Shown piece by piece: positions 50,270 to 62,251 of a stretch of 64,000 bases of DNA (positions are counted from its first letter, which is position 1; each line of letters starts with the position of its first letter). Position numbers and translations under genes: made by a program. The DNA comes from Parasitella parasitica NRRL 2501 (lineage: Eukaryota > Fungi > Mucoromycota). Location of the stretch: contig MU619319.1 of the NCBI GenBank assembly GCA_025201805.1, forward strand, positions 52,044 to 116,043. Reading direction: 5' to 3'. The notes under the pieces were generated by a model. The model was not told the DNA's origin. It ran no database searches and saw only the letters and a list, made by a program, of their open reading frames with translations.

Positions 50270-50600
50270 GCCTAGCAAACAACCAACAGCATTTGTAACT
50301 TTACAGACACATTTTTGCATGATTGCAACAATTACAGCGATCTTTTCTTTGGAACGCTACCAACCTTTATTCGAAATTGAGTGCTCAAAAACCTCGACTA
50401 TATCATGGTCAGTAAACTATTAAAGGATCTTTACTTTGGCAACCACATCCATTAAATTTCTCGCCAATGGACTGACCACCACCTGTTGACAGTCAATCTC
50501 AGGATACAATTGTCAAACACCGAGAAAGGGCGATGGTGGGCAAATCTCAATCTCGTCTATATTAAGTCTTATATCCAGAAGATTGACTCTGGTTTTAATG
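50270..50600 (+). mobile_element. LINE ORF2 APE-endonuclease C-terminal fragment (pseudogenised)
   Basis: PTFIRN*VLKNLDYIMVS...WTDHHLLTV...KGRWWANLNL shows the EEP PTF/LDY/(S,T)DH motifs and the downstream GxWxxN of L1-clade ORF2. Confidence 0.8.
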
Positions 50601-50687
50601 GAAAAACTATTTCAGCCAAAAAGAACTATGCCTGTTATCAATGTTTATTCAAATAAATGTCATGAATGTATATAGAGCGTATAACGT

Positions 50688-50903
50688 CTAGTTTCCTTTC
50701 TTTTTGTCTTCGTCAACGACGTAAAAAACAGGTTTTATCTCAAGGCATTTATGAGTATTTCTTCGATCGCAGAATGTGTTATCCAGACAATCAGCATCAA
50801 TATCGCAAGGGTAGCCTACTTGAGCATGTACGTAGCTGATCATGGCAGCAAGACTAATGATGGCAAAAATGGAGGAGGCTGAGATCAAGGAGGTAATCTT
50901 CAT
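50688..50903 (-). CDS. Small secreted cysteine-rich peptide (71 aa)
   Basis: Signal peptide MKITSLISASSIFAIISLAAMISYVHA, then C-x5-C-x5-C-x7-C; A-rich ATG context, upstream TATAAAA (~50970-50976), AATAAA downstream. Confidence 0.7.
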   Translation of the reverse strand: MKITSLISASSIFAIISLAAMISYVHAQVGYPCDIDADCLDNTFCDRRNTHKCLEIKPVFYVVDEDKKKGN

Positions 50904-51576
50904 TTTAATATAAAAGTTTAATTATTAGATGTTACTGAAGAAAAAAAAAAGGCCATAAGTGTTTCTCTTCTTTTATATCTTTGTCAATAGCATGACGTAC
51001 AATGTATCCTTATAAACTATATATACTCATGGATGGAAGTGTCATGCCACTTTTGTATTAATAGCTGCGGTACATTAGCAGGCATTGTCATTTGATTTTT
51101 GGATCCTGATCACAACTAATAACTAATTTTAATAAACCAAACTTTTAGTGGATTGTGCATTCGTCAATTGTAAAGTAGTGTCTTTGAAATGAGATTTTGA
51201 GAAGATTAGTGTCAACATAATGTAGTGTTGAACCCAGAATCCATCATTATAACGATCAAAATTCAGCTGTAATAGAATAAACCAATAGCTGCGCATGATC
51301 AACTCTTTGTATACCGACGATATACCATTGTTACATTTTAGGGTGTATGTGCAATCACTATCAATCTCACATATACATATATCATCGGTCAAGAAAGTGT
51401 AATAGCCTTATTAAAAATGACGTTTTGTTTTATATTTATTACATGCAATTGCAGTTGATTATCATCATATATCTATTTAATGATGTAACGCATAAATTAT
51501 AAAAGGCATGAGGGGAGGGAGGATAAGCGAAGGTTTTAAGTGTATCTAGTAGTGGAAAAAGGAAGCATGTATATAT

Positions 51577-53072
51577 CTATAGGCGCCTGTCGGGAGAGTC
51601 TTCACAATCTTTGACAATTGCAACAATAACACTAATGTCATCAGCTTTTCCTCCCTACATATCATGTTAATTCTACAAATATACAAATTTTCCTTCTTCG
51701 ATGCATACCTGATAATATAGTCCTTCATTTACAGCTCTCACTTGAAATGGACTATCCACGTTAAGTTTGGAGTTGCTAACAGCTTTTGCTCTTTCGGCTA
51801 ATGCATCAGATATCTTTTGTGGCTCTACTGACAACATTCTAGGAGGTCGATTTCCTGATCCCGGCAGAGTAAATGTGGATAATTGAGATTTTACAATCGA
51901 TAAAATCTCTTTATCAAACAGATTATCAAATAAGCCGTCTGAACCCATGATAATTATGTCTCCTTTTTCTACTGTAACTGTGAAAGACTAGAGGAAATGT
52001 GTCAACAACAAATGACAACAGATTGATTTGTGTCTAGTACGCGTACCTGTGCATCTTTGGGCCTATCCGGAGAACTCGTACCCAATTGATAAGGAAAATT
52101 AAACGAATGCTGTTGCTCTTCGCTTCTAAAAATGTAATCGTTGTGTCTAATAACTGAAATACCACAATCACCGAGATTTGCAATTCGCAGTTCTTCGTGT
52201 CGCAGAATAGCCAAGCAAGCAGTACATGAACCTATGATTCCCTCTTGCTGGGCTTCTTGCATGCTTTCTTCGTAACTTTTCTGTAAAATACTGACAGGAT
52301 CTGCTTCATCGTAATGGTAGAAGTAGGGATCGTCGACATTATCAAACCTTTCCAATTCGAGATAAGCATGATGCATTAATTTTCTCGAGTACAAGGCCGC
52401 ATTCGCCGCTACATTTCGTATGTGATAAAGTTTTTAAATTGTTGTTTTGTTGCTATTTGGCAATAATAAAATTTTACCTGTAACGCCTTGCCAGCCGCCA
52501 ACACCATCTGCGACACCCAATGCGTCAGAGCGTCTGAAGTAGGCATCCTCGCCTATTTGTATACTGTAATAATGCTCATTCCTATTCTTAATTAAATCCG
52601 GAGTTGTGTAACGTTGTCTTTTTGCAAATCCTGAAGCTCCATGAGCAAAAATATAGGAGGGAACTGCCTTTGCATAAGATTTCGAAAAAAAGTTCAGCAA
52701 AGGTAATGATTTGTGATGTGGAGGAGGCTCTCGCTGGACTGCCAGTGCATTGCTCTGGTTTTTGGCAGCGGAACAACTGAAAAAGCGTTGTTGTTGGTGA
52801 GATGATTGAATATATAGAGGAACGATACAGTCAGTCGCTGGCGCTGCCAATGGCTTAGTATTTTCAGCCATTGATGTCTGATTTGTATTATTATTTAATG
52901 TATTAGGAGTCGTATTTGTTGTGCTATTAATAGTTTGATTGGTCGAGGAAGAGAAATAAGGTCGAACGGCAGTGATAGTTGGCAGAGATTGCTGATGTAT
53001 AAGGCTTTGTTGATGCTGAGACAATTGGTGCTTTGCAGTAGATGTTAGTGTAAACCAAGCTTTTGATTTCAT
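51577..53072 (-). CDS. PTC7: Ptc7-type PP2C phosphatase, probably mitochondrial (4 exons)
   Basis: GEDAYF..LGVADGVGGW, GSCTAC, ANLGDCG, EQQHSFNFPYQLG, GSDGLFDNL, GGKADDISVIV; N-terminus poor in acidic residues. Confidence 0.92.
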
Positions 53073-54497
53073 TTTAAACGTATTGTGTGGAAGAGAAAAG
53101 AGAGGAAGTTTTTATGAATAAAGATATAAATATAAATAGTCTGTTGTATAGATCTGTATATGCAACTGTGTGAATCAAAGTGTGTGAAAGAGAGTGCAAA
53201 AAAAAAAAAAGAAAAGAAAAATCGCAGTTGTTTATTAGCATTTACGAACTGCTTAATATTAGTCGTCCGATTTCCTTTTACACTCTTCTTCTCCCTCGCT
53301 TACATTTTTACGCATGTACGGTATACAGACAATCAAAATGTCAAGCAATGCTACATGTCTAAATTTATACGCTTCACATGCAGATTTCGATTTATATGCA
53401 CTGGCATCTAGATCAAGAGATGGTAATGTGGTTTATTATTGTTTTTGATAAGGAATATCGCACATGTAGACTATTTCTAGGGATGAAATGAAAATTGCCT
53501 CCTCCCTGGTTCTATATGAATACATGTAACGATTGCACTTTAATGCAATAACTTTGCAGACACTATTCGACACAATAGAATGTAGCGTAAATGTGTATTG
53601 ATCCAATTTTTTCCATTTACATGAACGCTTGTATCAAAATCTGTCCAAATCTATTGCTATAGCAACAACTAGCTGTTTGGATGCTTGCTTATATACTTAA
53701 TCATCCGACACTATTTCGATTTTTATACAGCATCGATAAATATAAAGTAGGCTTATTGAGGCAAATGTTGCCTTGGATATTAAGATCATCGGCCTTTCTT
53801 ACTTGTTTGCAACACTGAGAGACATGTATATAAAGCTATTCCTCGATTGATCTCTCTAAGTGACGTTATTATTTGGTTAGTTGGTCTATTTAGATCCTGT
53901 ATTGAGCATAGTAATAAAGATGCGATGATAGATCTGGATTTTCAGTACTAGGAGACATACTCAAACATTTGTTGTAGCTCTGATCTTGAGCAAGAGTTTC
54001 CTCATTTCAACGTCAATGAATTTGCAAAACTCAATCAGCCCCCCAGTAAAGGAAATAACCGCAGTGTCCTTTAATTTGGGATAAAACACGCAAATCTATG
54101 CTTTGCTACAGTTCCATTTTTAAATAAACAGCTTGAAAGATTACAAACCCACATATCCAATGTATATCTTTTGCCTTTCTCGGGTTCACTGTACTTATAT
54201 ACAGTTGTAACCCTTTTTCTTCTCTTTAAAGAAAGATGTGCCGCAGCAAAAAAAAAACCCCCAGTGATTATAAACTATACACAGTAATATATGTATCTTG
54301 ACTATTGGACCTACTCCAAGTGTTGCAAAGCTTGATAAAATCCTGTAAGGCAAAAGGCATTTTTGAGGTAGCATTTTAATAATTCACCATAGTTTAATTG
54401 CTGCTGCGATCCACAGCACTCGAAAACAAACCATCGTCAAGTAGAAGATAGTGTATTTTATTACATCTTGAAGCAAAAAACGACCCTACAGTAGCAT

Positions 54498-55137
54498 TTA
54501 TTGACGAGATACGAGCTTCTCAGTCTTCTTGTTAGCACGACGTTCACGGAGAGCCTTATTCTTGGCACGGAGGACATCAGCTTGTTCAGCAAGAGTCTTA
54601 GCACGAGCCTTTTCAGCCTTAGCCTTATGGATGTGCTCCATCAAGACACGCTTGTTCTTGAAACCGTTACCCTTGGACTTGAGGTAAAGGTGATGGTACA
54701 AGTGCTTGTCGATCTTACCAGCTTCTCTGTACTTGGCCAAGAGTCGACGGAGGACACGCATACGGCGCATCCAGATAACTTGGCTACGCATACGGGCATC
54801 AGCAGTACCCTTTCTCTTACCATGACCCATATGACGGCCATTACGCTTGGCAGCAGCACGCTCAAGAACACGGAAACGAGACTGAGAGATCTCGGGCTTA
54901 CGGATAATGAGACCATCCTTTACGAGCTTACGGATGTTGGCACGGGAGTTGGCATTAGAGATTTCATTAACCTCGTTAGGATCCAACCAGATCTTACGTT
55001 GTCCACACTTGAGGACAGAGGCGGCCAAACGCTTTTGAACGAGCAAGCTTACCCTATTTTGTTGTAATTGTTAGTAGTTGATCGAAAAAATTTTAATTTC
55101 TTCCTTGTCCGGTGTCCGGTATGAGAAACACTTACAT
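54498..55137 (-). CDS. RPL19: 60S ribosomal protein L19 (eL19); start codon split AT|G by an intron
   Basis: [51 protein letters not shown]; intron 55135-55054. Confidence 0.97.
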
Positions 55138-55850
55138 TTGCAAAAAAAGTTTATAGTTGGGAAAGAGATGGAACTAAACCCTCAGCACCTGAAGGTCAAA
55201 TTACATTTGAAAAAAGGTCGTCATTGAATAATGAAAGCAGATGATTGGCCTCAATACAACTCAAACTAATGAAGAAGGAGAGGTTTGCATCCAACTATCC
55301 ATCCATCTATCTTATTGGATCATCCATTTTTTGCTCCTAATGTCGAACCCATAGTCTATCTGGTGAGTTTTCTTCCATGGCAATCCAGTCAGTCATTTGA
55401 AAGAAGCCTCAAATGATAAAAAGAGGACTATTAGATACTAATCAACACACTCTACATATATAAATTAATGGTCGTGCAGCTTTTCACTAAAAAATAAGCT
55501 TAGGGCTAGATTTGATGACATTTTCTATTTTCGTAAATCGATTTTTCTCGCAAGAAGTCGAATATGTGTTTGGTCATTTTGCCAGTTAATAGAGGGATTT
55601 GTCTTTTTTTGCTGTCAAACAAGACCACAATTCATCAAATGAATACAAGCATTCTCGAAAACTAATGAGTATTGTGTTGATACGTATAACATCTAATATG
55701 ACGCAAAGAAGACATGCTATGCTGTAGCCCATTTCCATGCAAACATCAGCATGCCTCACTCACAACTACATTGCAACACAAAAAAAATTTTTTTTCCTTT
55801 TTTTTTTAGTTATTAATCCTTAATAAATATGCGGAATCACTGTTGTTAGA

Positions 55851-57123
55851 TTATTCTGTTAAGGCAGTAGTGGTGGTATCTTCTTGAGTGTTTGTATTTG
55901 CTAATTTCTCAATAATTGAAAACGTCTCACAGCAAATGCTGGAACAAAATCGATAAAGTACAGGGATATGATGATTGCAAAGGACATTTCTCCACACAAT
56001 TTCTTCAATATCTGGCATATGGAATGGAAGTCGACAATTTTCACAATTGTTTATGTGGGATATCGAGTTGAATCGGTCAACAATATTATTCGGTATAATT
56101 GTACAGTTTTCCGTCAGTACATTGGGCGCTTCTTTCAGTAATGTTCTAGTGGATACCTCGACTAGTGTGCGGATGGTGTAGCTGATGCGCAGTCGATGAG
56201 ATGAATCTTTCGGCAGTGGAATATATGGATTCGGGATCAAGGATAAAGTGGATAATCTATTTAGACGCAGTAATTCTGCAGGTATTTGTCTCTAAACATA
56301 CACACAAAATTCAATTAATTTATACATAAATCGATTAACAAAGAACAACGAATAATTACTAGTTGATTGTTGCCTAATGAAAGCTCCACTAAGTTTTCGA
56401 GTAAAGCAATTTCAGGCGGCACAACTTTTAAACGATTGTTTCCTACGGTTTTAATTAGAATAAATTACAAGCTTGTTTATAAAAAAAAAAGCTTACTCAG
56501 GCTGAGCACTGTCAAATTTTTCAACCAGAATAATACAGGATTGATGGATTGCAGCTCATTATTGTACAAATACACTTGCAGCGAAGCTACTTTGACTACA
56601 TCATTGTGGAGTACCGTAACATATTGCAGTTCTCCTATTTCATCGGGTATTTCAGTTAGACCTATATTACTATAATAAAATGTAAATAAAGAAAGAAAAA
56701 GGAACCCTCATGGTAGCATACCTTATATCAACTTTGCTCACACCATTATCAACCGTTGCATCAATAGCTCGGCGTACTTTATCAAACGGCGTTTCAGTGC
56801 TCAGTCTTTGTCGAAACAATTCTCTAGTGTTTATATCCCAGCTTAACGAATTCATGCGTATTCGTTTTCTATCTTCAGGGCTATTTTCTTGCTCAATCTC
56901 GAGGGATAGAATTCCACTTTCCCCACTGCTACTCTGACTGCTCAAACTGCTCATACTGAAGAGTTCATTATCTGCTTTTAAAAAGTAATTTTTAACAGAT
57001 GGTGCGATAGGAATTTGCTCTTGGCGAGGGAACTGAGGTAAATAGTCTTCGTCCTCCGAAGCATCTGTATCATTCCACTCCACTGGATCATATGTGTCAT
57101 TCTGTATAGAGGAAGAAATCATA
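55851..57123 (-). CDS. LRR protein with BC-box-like helix and C-terminal Cys cluster (LRRC58/LRRC28-like)
   Basis: LRRs LYNNELQSIN..LKNLTVLSL|RNNRLKVVPPEIALLENLVELSLGNNQL..NP cap; TLVEVSTRTL; CENC...IPVLYRFCSSICC. Confidence 0.75.
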
Positions 57124-57330
57124 CTTGGAAATAGAAAAAGGAAAGAAACGAAAAGAAAGAAAAGAAAGAAAAGAAAGCGAGAAAAACAAAGTTCACATGA
57201 GTTTTTTTTTTTTTTTAATGTGAGAATACATTTGGTGGGCAAGACAGAAGTTGGCTGTGCTATCATGATTTGAGCGCCGAAGGGCTCTGGGCTTGATGTG
57301 TAATCTATGCTTTGCTACGGTAAAATTTAA

Positions 57331-58544
57331 TTACCAACCAAGCAAAGCAATGCTGCTATACATTGCCTCAGCTATTTTTGCATGAGTCGAAGTTGTGAGA
57401 TGTAAGTCGTTCCACCAAATCATGCTATAGAATACTATATTAATCAATACCCAAACTACATGCAAATTGCAGGACTCACTCTCCGCAATTAGATTTTCCG
57501 CCACAATCGAATCTTGCATTTCTCTGGAGCTCTTTTTGACTGAACAGTGTGTTAAACAGTTGGTATGTGTCAAAAAATGAAGCATATGCCTTGGGATTAT
57601 TAGCTTTAAACTGATTCAAGGCCTCTATTAATGCCGCATTGTAGTATTCCACCAGCACATTGAGTGCTTGTTTGGTATCAGATGGTTTATCATAATACAT
57701 GGGAATGAGATCTAGTGGAATTAAGCCTACGAGCATTATATACTTTGCGCCTTCAGCATAAAGCCGTTGCTATTTTAGGTTTTTTCAGATTATTTAAATG
57801 AACATAGTATGTGTCTATATCGAACTTACAACATCATTGCCTATCGAAGCAACTATATCATCCACTATGTTCTTTCTAACAGAGGCGTCACTTTCTTCTT
57901 CGAACAAAAGTCGCACATCATTGACACCTGTCCATAAGACATACAATGATGTATTCTGTGGCACCATGGCCGCACTGGAAGCCAGACAATGACTAATTTG
58001 ATGGGTCATATCGATTGAGTTTGGATGAGCAACCAAGTTCTTTTGAAAACCATGTTGATTTAGTATATGTACAAGTATCGAATTGTATTCATTACATTGT
58101 TAGCAGTGGCACCTGATTGTGCGAAATCATACAAAGCGGCATCATTAATTAATTTAGACAGGTATTCTACCCACATTAGACCGTTTGTTGATCTTTTAAT
58201 CTAGTATAAATATACATATATAGGTTGAGTCTTCTAAGTATAGTGGTTAACAATATTATACAATTACTGTTTTGATTGTATCTGGATGTAAACTAGATCG
58301 AATATTAATATACTGACAAGCATGTAATCATTAAAACTTACTCTTCCTCGTCAAAGTCAGTCTCATTGTTTGCATAGAATTCCTTGAGCGAGCCATTTGC
58401 AGTGTACGAGTCCCCGAAAGCAAGAATAGTGCTAAACTTGGACACAGTTCGTCGCAAGTAGCTGCCAAGTGGCACAATACTTGCCTGGGCAATCACTGAG
58501 AGGCACACCAAGTAGCAGAAAATCGAATAGCGAGCCAACCACAT
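57331..58544 (-). CDS. Secreted SGNH/GDSL hydrolase (CE16-like acetylesterase)
   Basis: Signal peptide; FGDSY, NGLMWVEYL, DFAQSGAT, WTGVND and WWNDLH blocks across 6 exons. Confidence 0.88.
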
Positions 58545-58927
58545 TGTAATAAAATGTTGATATTTTTTTAAAAGAAAAAAAAAGTGTACGTTTTATATGA
58601 ATAGTTTGATGCTATCTAGTTTTATCAACAGTAGATCAATAAAACTGTTTCTTAATAGTTTCTCCTTGGTTACTCTATAACGTACCGTACAACGCCCCTG
58701 TTATACTGCAACTCCTATTTATTCTTGGTCTAATAAACAGTAAGGGATTTGTTGCCGCATAGATGTATTTATATCCCAAAAATAAAATCATTGTGAATGT
58801 TTTTGATAATCGTAATATTTATTGTGTTTCAGTTAAGGATTAATGGTATGTATGTATAATGACAATTTTTTTTGAAAATTTAATGACTGATGCCTATTTG
58901 TCTACTACGGCTACAACAATCTGGGGT

Positions 58928-59626
58928 TTAAGCAAGACCACCAACAATAGGGATCCCTTTGACAGCTTTGACAGGCACACCCTGATCAGTAGCAGAACCT
59001 ACAATATCTGTAGCTCCACCTACAACAGGAATATTGTTGGTGATATCAGTAACTCCAGCAGTATCAGGGACGATACTGTCAATGGAACCAGTACCGGCGC
59101 CAGATCCACCGCCAGCCAGACCTGTAACTGTATCAAGTGGGAGGGGTAAACTGCCAGTAGCACCGGTTACTGTCTCCAGTGGTCCTTCACTGGTAGCACC
59201 GGAAACTGCATTAAGTGGCAATCCGTCAGTAATGCCACTACCAGCAAGACCTGTAACTGATTGAATAGGCAATCCATCAACGCCAGGAATACCGCCAAGA
59301 GGACCCTTATTCTCGGATTCCTCTTCTTCTTGACCACCAGCAGGAGCACCACCAGCAGGAGCACCACCAGCAGGAGCACCACCAGCAGGAGCACCACTAG
59401 CCGGAGCTTTAGAAGTTCCCTTGGCTTTAGGATCTTTAGCTGGTGGGACATCTTCATCACCTTCATTTTCGTCAACCTCGTTTTCTGTACGACGAGCCAA
59501 GTGGACAACACTTTTAGAGTAGGAACCACGTCCAACATTCAAGGCATTATTGGTAGTGGGTGCGGGAGCAGCAAATGAGACGTTGGCAAGTGCAAGAGCG
59601 GCGATAGCTAATAATGTGAAACGCAT
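58928..59626 (-). CDS. Secreted Gly/Ala/Pro-rich repeat protein
   Basis: Signal peptide MRFTLLAIAALALANVSFA, AP start, RR dibasic site, (APAGG)4, repeated LP...VTG units; strong TATATAA-like upstream element. Confidence 0.82.
   Translation of the reverse strand: MRFTLLAIAALALANVSFAAPAPTTNNALNVGRGSYSKSVVHLARRTENEVDENEGDEDVPPAKDPKAKGTSKAPASGAPAGGAPAGGAPAGGAPAGGQEEEESENKGPLGGIPGVDGLPIQSVTGLAGSGITDGLPLNAVSGATSEGPLETVTGATGSLPLPLDTVTGLAGGGSGAGTGSIDSIVPDTAGVTDITNNIPVVGGATDIVGSATDQGVPVKAVKGIPIVGGLA
59333..59397. repeat. 15-bp tandem repeat (accaccagcaggagc)x4 encoding APAGG
   Basis: Seen directly. Confidence 0.95.
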
Positions 59627-60983
59627 TTGTATAATTATAATGATGAAAGATTGTTATACGAAATAGAAAGAAATGGAGAAAAAATGATGCTTAAATAGTA
59701 CTCTTGTCAAGAGATTTTAGATATAAAGAAAGACAGAAACAATCAATATCTGTTGCTTACATGCATATACATGTGTATGCTATATCCCTTGTTTTTGCAA
59801 GAAAAAAAAAGTTAGGCTTGCTGCCATCATAGGAGATTATAAGGAGAATACACAAGATCTTCATATTGTATGGATAAATAGACCATCATCTGTTTAGTTT
59901 TTGTGATACCACCCCCTGAAGATCTCTGTTATAAGATTCGTGTTTAAAATAAGTAACGGCATATTGTACATCAACTAATTTTCGTTGATCAGAGTCGAGT
60001 GGGTGAAACGCTTAGTTTTTTCTATTGCAAGCCTTATTTTAACAGTAGAAAGGGACTTTTCCCAGAGTTGTTTTTGTATTATCTCATTTTCCTGTTATCA
60101 ATACAGTGATCCTTGATTTATGCACTGCTTATCAGGTATGATTTGTTTGTTTATAATACACAGCTTCAAGACAGGTTGAGGAGGCTATTTTATCTTGTTA
60201 TCAAGAGACGTTCTCTGTTTATGTGTTGCACAATCAAGAACTGAAAAAAAGCAGCACTGATTGAATGAGCATCCTGTAATGTATGTTCCCACCTGCTTTC
60301 TTAAAGATACATGGCTTTGCTAGTGAAAATAGTTACAATAGTCTTGGAGATTAATGAATCTGCTTTCTTTCTCGTCAGATGGTGGATTTATTGTTTACGT
60401 ATCGTTTATTTTGTGTATCTATATATTTTGCCCGTCATATACCCAAACAGCTATAGCTACCCTACCAAACCAACAAAGTTATCATGCCAAATCTACTGCA
60501 TTAGTCTGATGCAAGCACTGCATTCAACAAAACCTTGCAAATCAAGAATAATCAAATCACTTTCTCATGGCCACTTTTGCTTTCAAAATTACCCTTTATA
60601 TCGCATAAACATTTGATAAATATGTAGTGCACACTTGCTTTGAATATATGTAGCATAAAGCTGGTCAAAAGCATACCAAAATATAGAATATCGAAATCAG
60701 AAAACAAGGCTAATCTAAATGAGCTAGCTCCTGACCGATAGCACGTTATCAAGAATATGCTCAAGGGTTTCTTGAAGACTCATATGATTAATGTGCTGAT
60801 GGCTAAATCAAACAATAAACGCCAACATATGTTCATATATAAGAGCTGTCAAGGGAGGAAACCAAATCAAAATTTATCAAAAAACAAAAGATTTATCTTC
60901 AAAGATCAAACAACTAAGAAGAGTTTTTGAAAATAGATATATATTACAAAAGTTAAAAAATTTGGGATTGTAGCAACTAGTGT

Positions 60984-61549
60984 TTAGTTCTTGACAAGAC
61001 TGTAGACAGTGCAAGCAGCTGTACCAAGAAGAGTGAGGAGGCCAAGCATACCAAAAACACCGCGAGTACGCTTAGCAGGATCACCGGTGACATAACCATT
61101 AACATAAACAATTCGACCCAAAATAAAGACAACACCCGCAGCAGCAGAGATTTCAGGATACTTGAGACCACCAACCAACAATAAAGTGTTGTAGATAGGA
61201 AGGACCTCGAGGGTGTTCTGATGGGCACGCTGGGCGCAATTGAAGATGTTCTTCTTAGGATCCTTTTCAGCTTCACTCTTTTCGGCATAAACTATATTGA
61301 ACGGTCAGTACGTCCCCAAACTGGCCATTCTAAATACTTACCATAAGGATATGGGACCTTGGCAGCCCTACGAGCACCACCGACTTTGATACCTAAAGAA
61401 AAGGTGTAAAGAGCACTGGCGACGGCGACACCAAGAACCTAATCATTTGATAGTTGGTCAGACCATTCGGTCATACAACACCTATCGATATTGCTTTATT
61501 ATTTCAAACTTACATAGCCATATTCAGAGGGAATTGTAAGAGCAGCCAT
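60984..61549 (-). CDS. MGST3: MAPEG-family microsomal glutathione S-transferase 3-like (3 exons)
   Basis: MAALTIPSEYGY|VLGV..VGGARRAAKVPYPY|VYAEK..FNCAQRAHQNTLE..GRIVYVNGYVTGDPAKR. Confidence 0.93.
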
Positions 61550-62251
61550 CTTCGTATGTACAATTGTTTATTGAGAAATGTGTAAAGTGAATAAGCGATA
61601 TCCGTGAAATATCCTGGCTATTTATTGATGTCCGAATAAATCATAACAGGCAAATTTGGTTTCAACGCATTACGCAAGTCTTCGTAATTCGGAAACATCC
61701 TCCTATCCAATCAACGTTGAAATGTAATGTTCTCTGACACCTTCCTTCCATTTATAGAACGGACTCAGCTATTTGGGCGAAATCCCAATTTTATGCATTC
61801 AATGTCAAATAAGACATGTGCCTGAACAAAAATATATATTATATCCATTCTATTACCGTAATATATCATCATTTGATGTGATCACCAGACTTTTTCGACA
61901 AAGCATTAGAGTAGGTGTTACAATATATCAGCGTTGTACACCCCAATCCATAGTCTAGTACGGTATATAGCTTACCCCTGAAGGTATGATAAAGAGCCTC
62001 CTTCCTCATCAATCATAAATAATACAGCAAAGAAGCATTGAATAGATCAAGAAAAACAGTCTCGATCAAAGAAAAATACGTATATATCCATATCCATACC
62101 TGCATACATTATGCAGACATCAACTGAAGGAACATGATATGGATTTAATATTTTCGCATGATAATTTAATTTCTTTTTTTTCCCTTATAAATGGTGGAAT
62201 TGTGGATGAAAAATGCTCCTTTTCCTTCTATCGTAATCATTCTTTTTAACC

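Noticed and set aside
51577-51590. C-terminal RRL of Ptc7 as a peroxisomal PTS1
   Set aside because: Arg at position -3 does not fit the small-residue PTS1 consensus.
57395-57425. WWNDLH instead of DxxH, suggesting a dead GDSL enzyme
   Set aside because: CE16-type esterases commonly lack the canonical Asp at this position; the Ser and His are intact.
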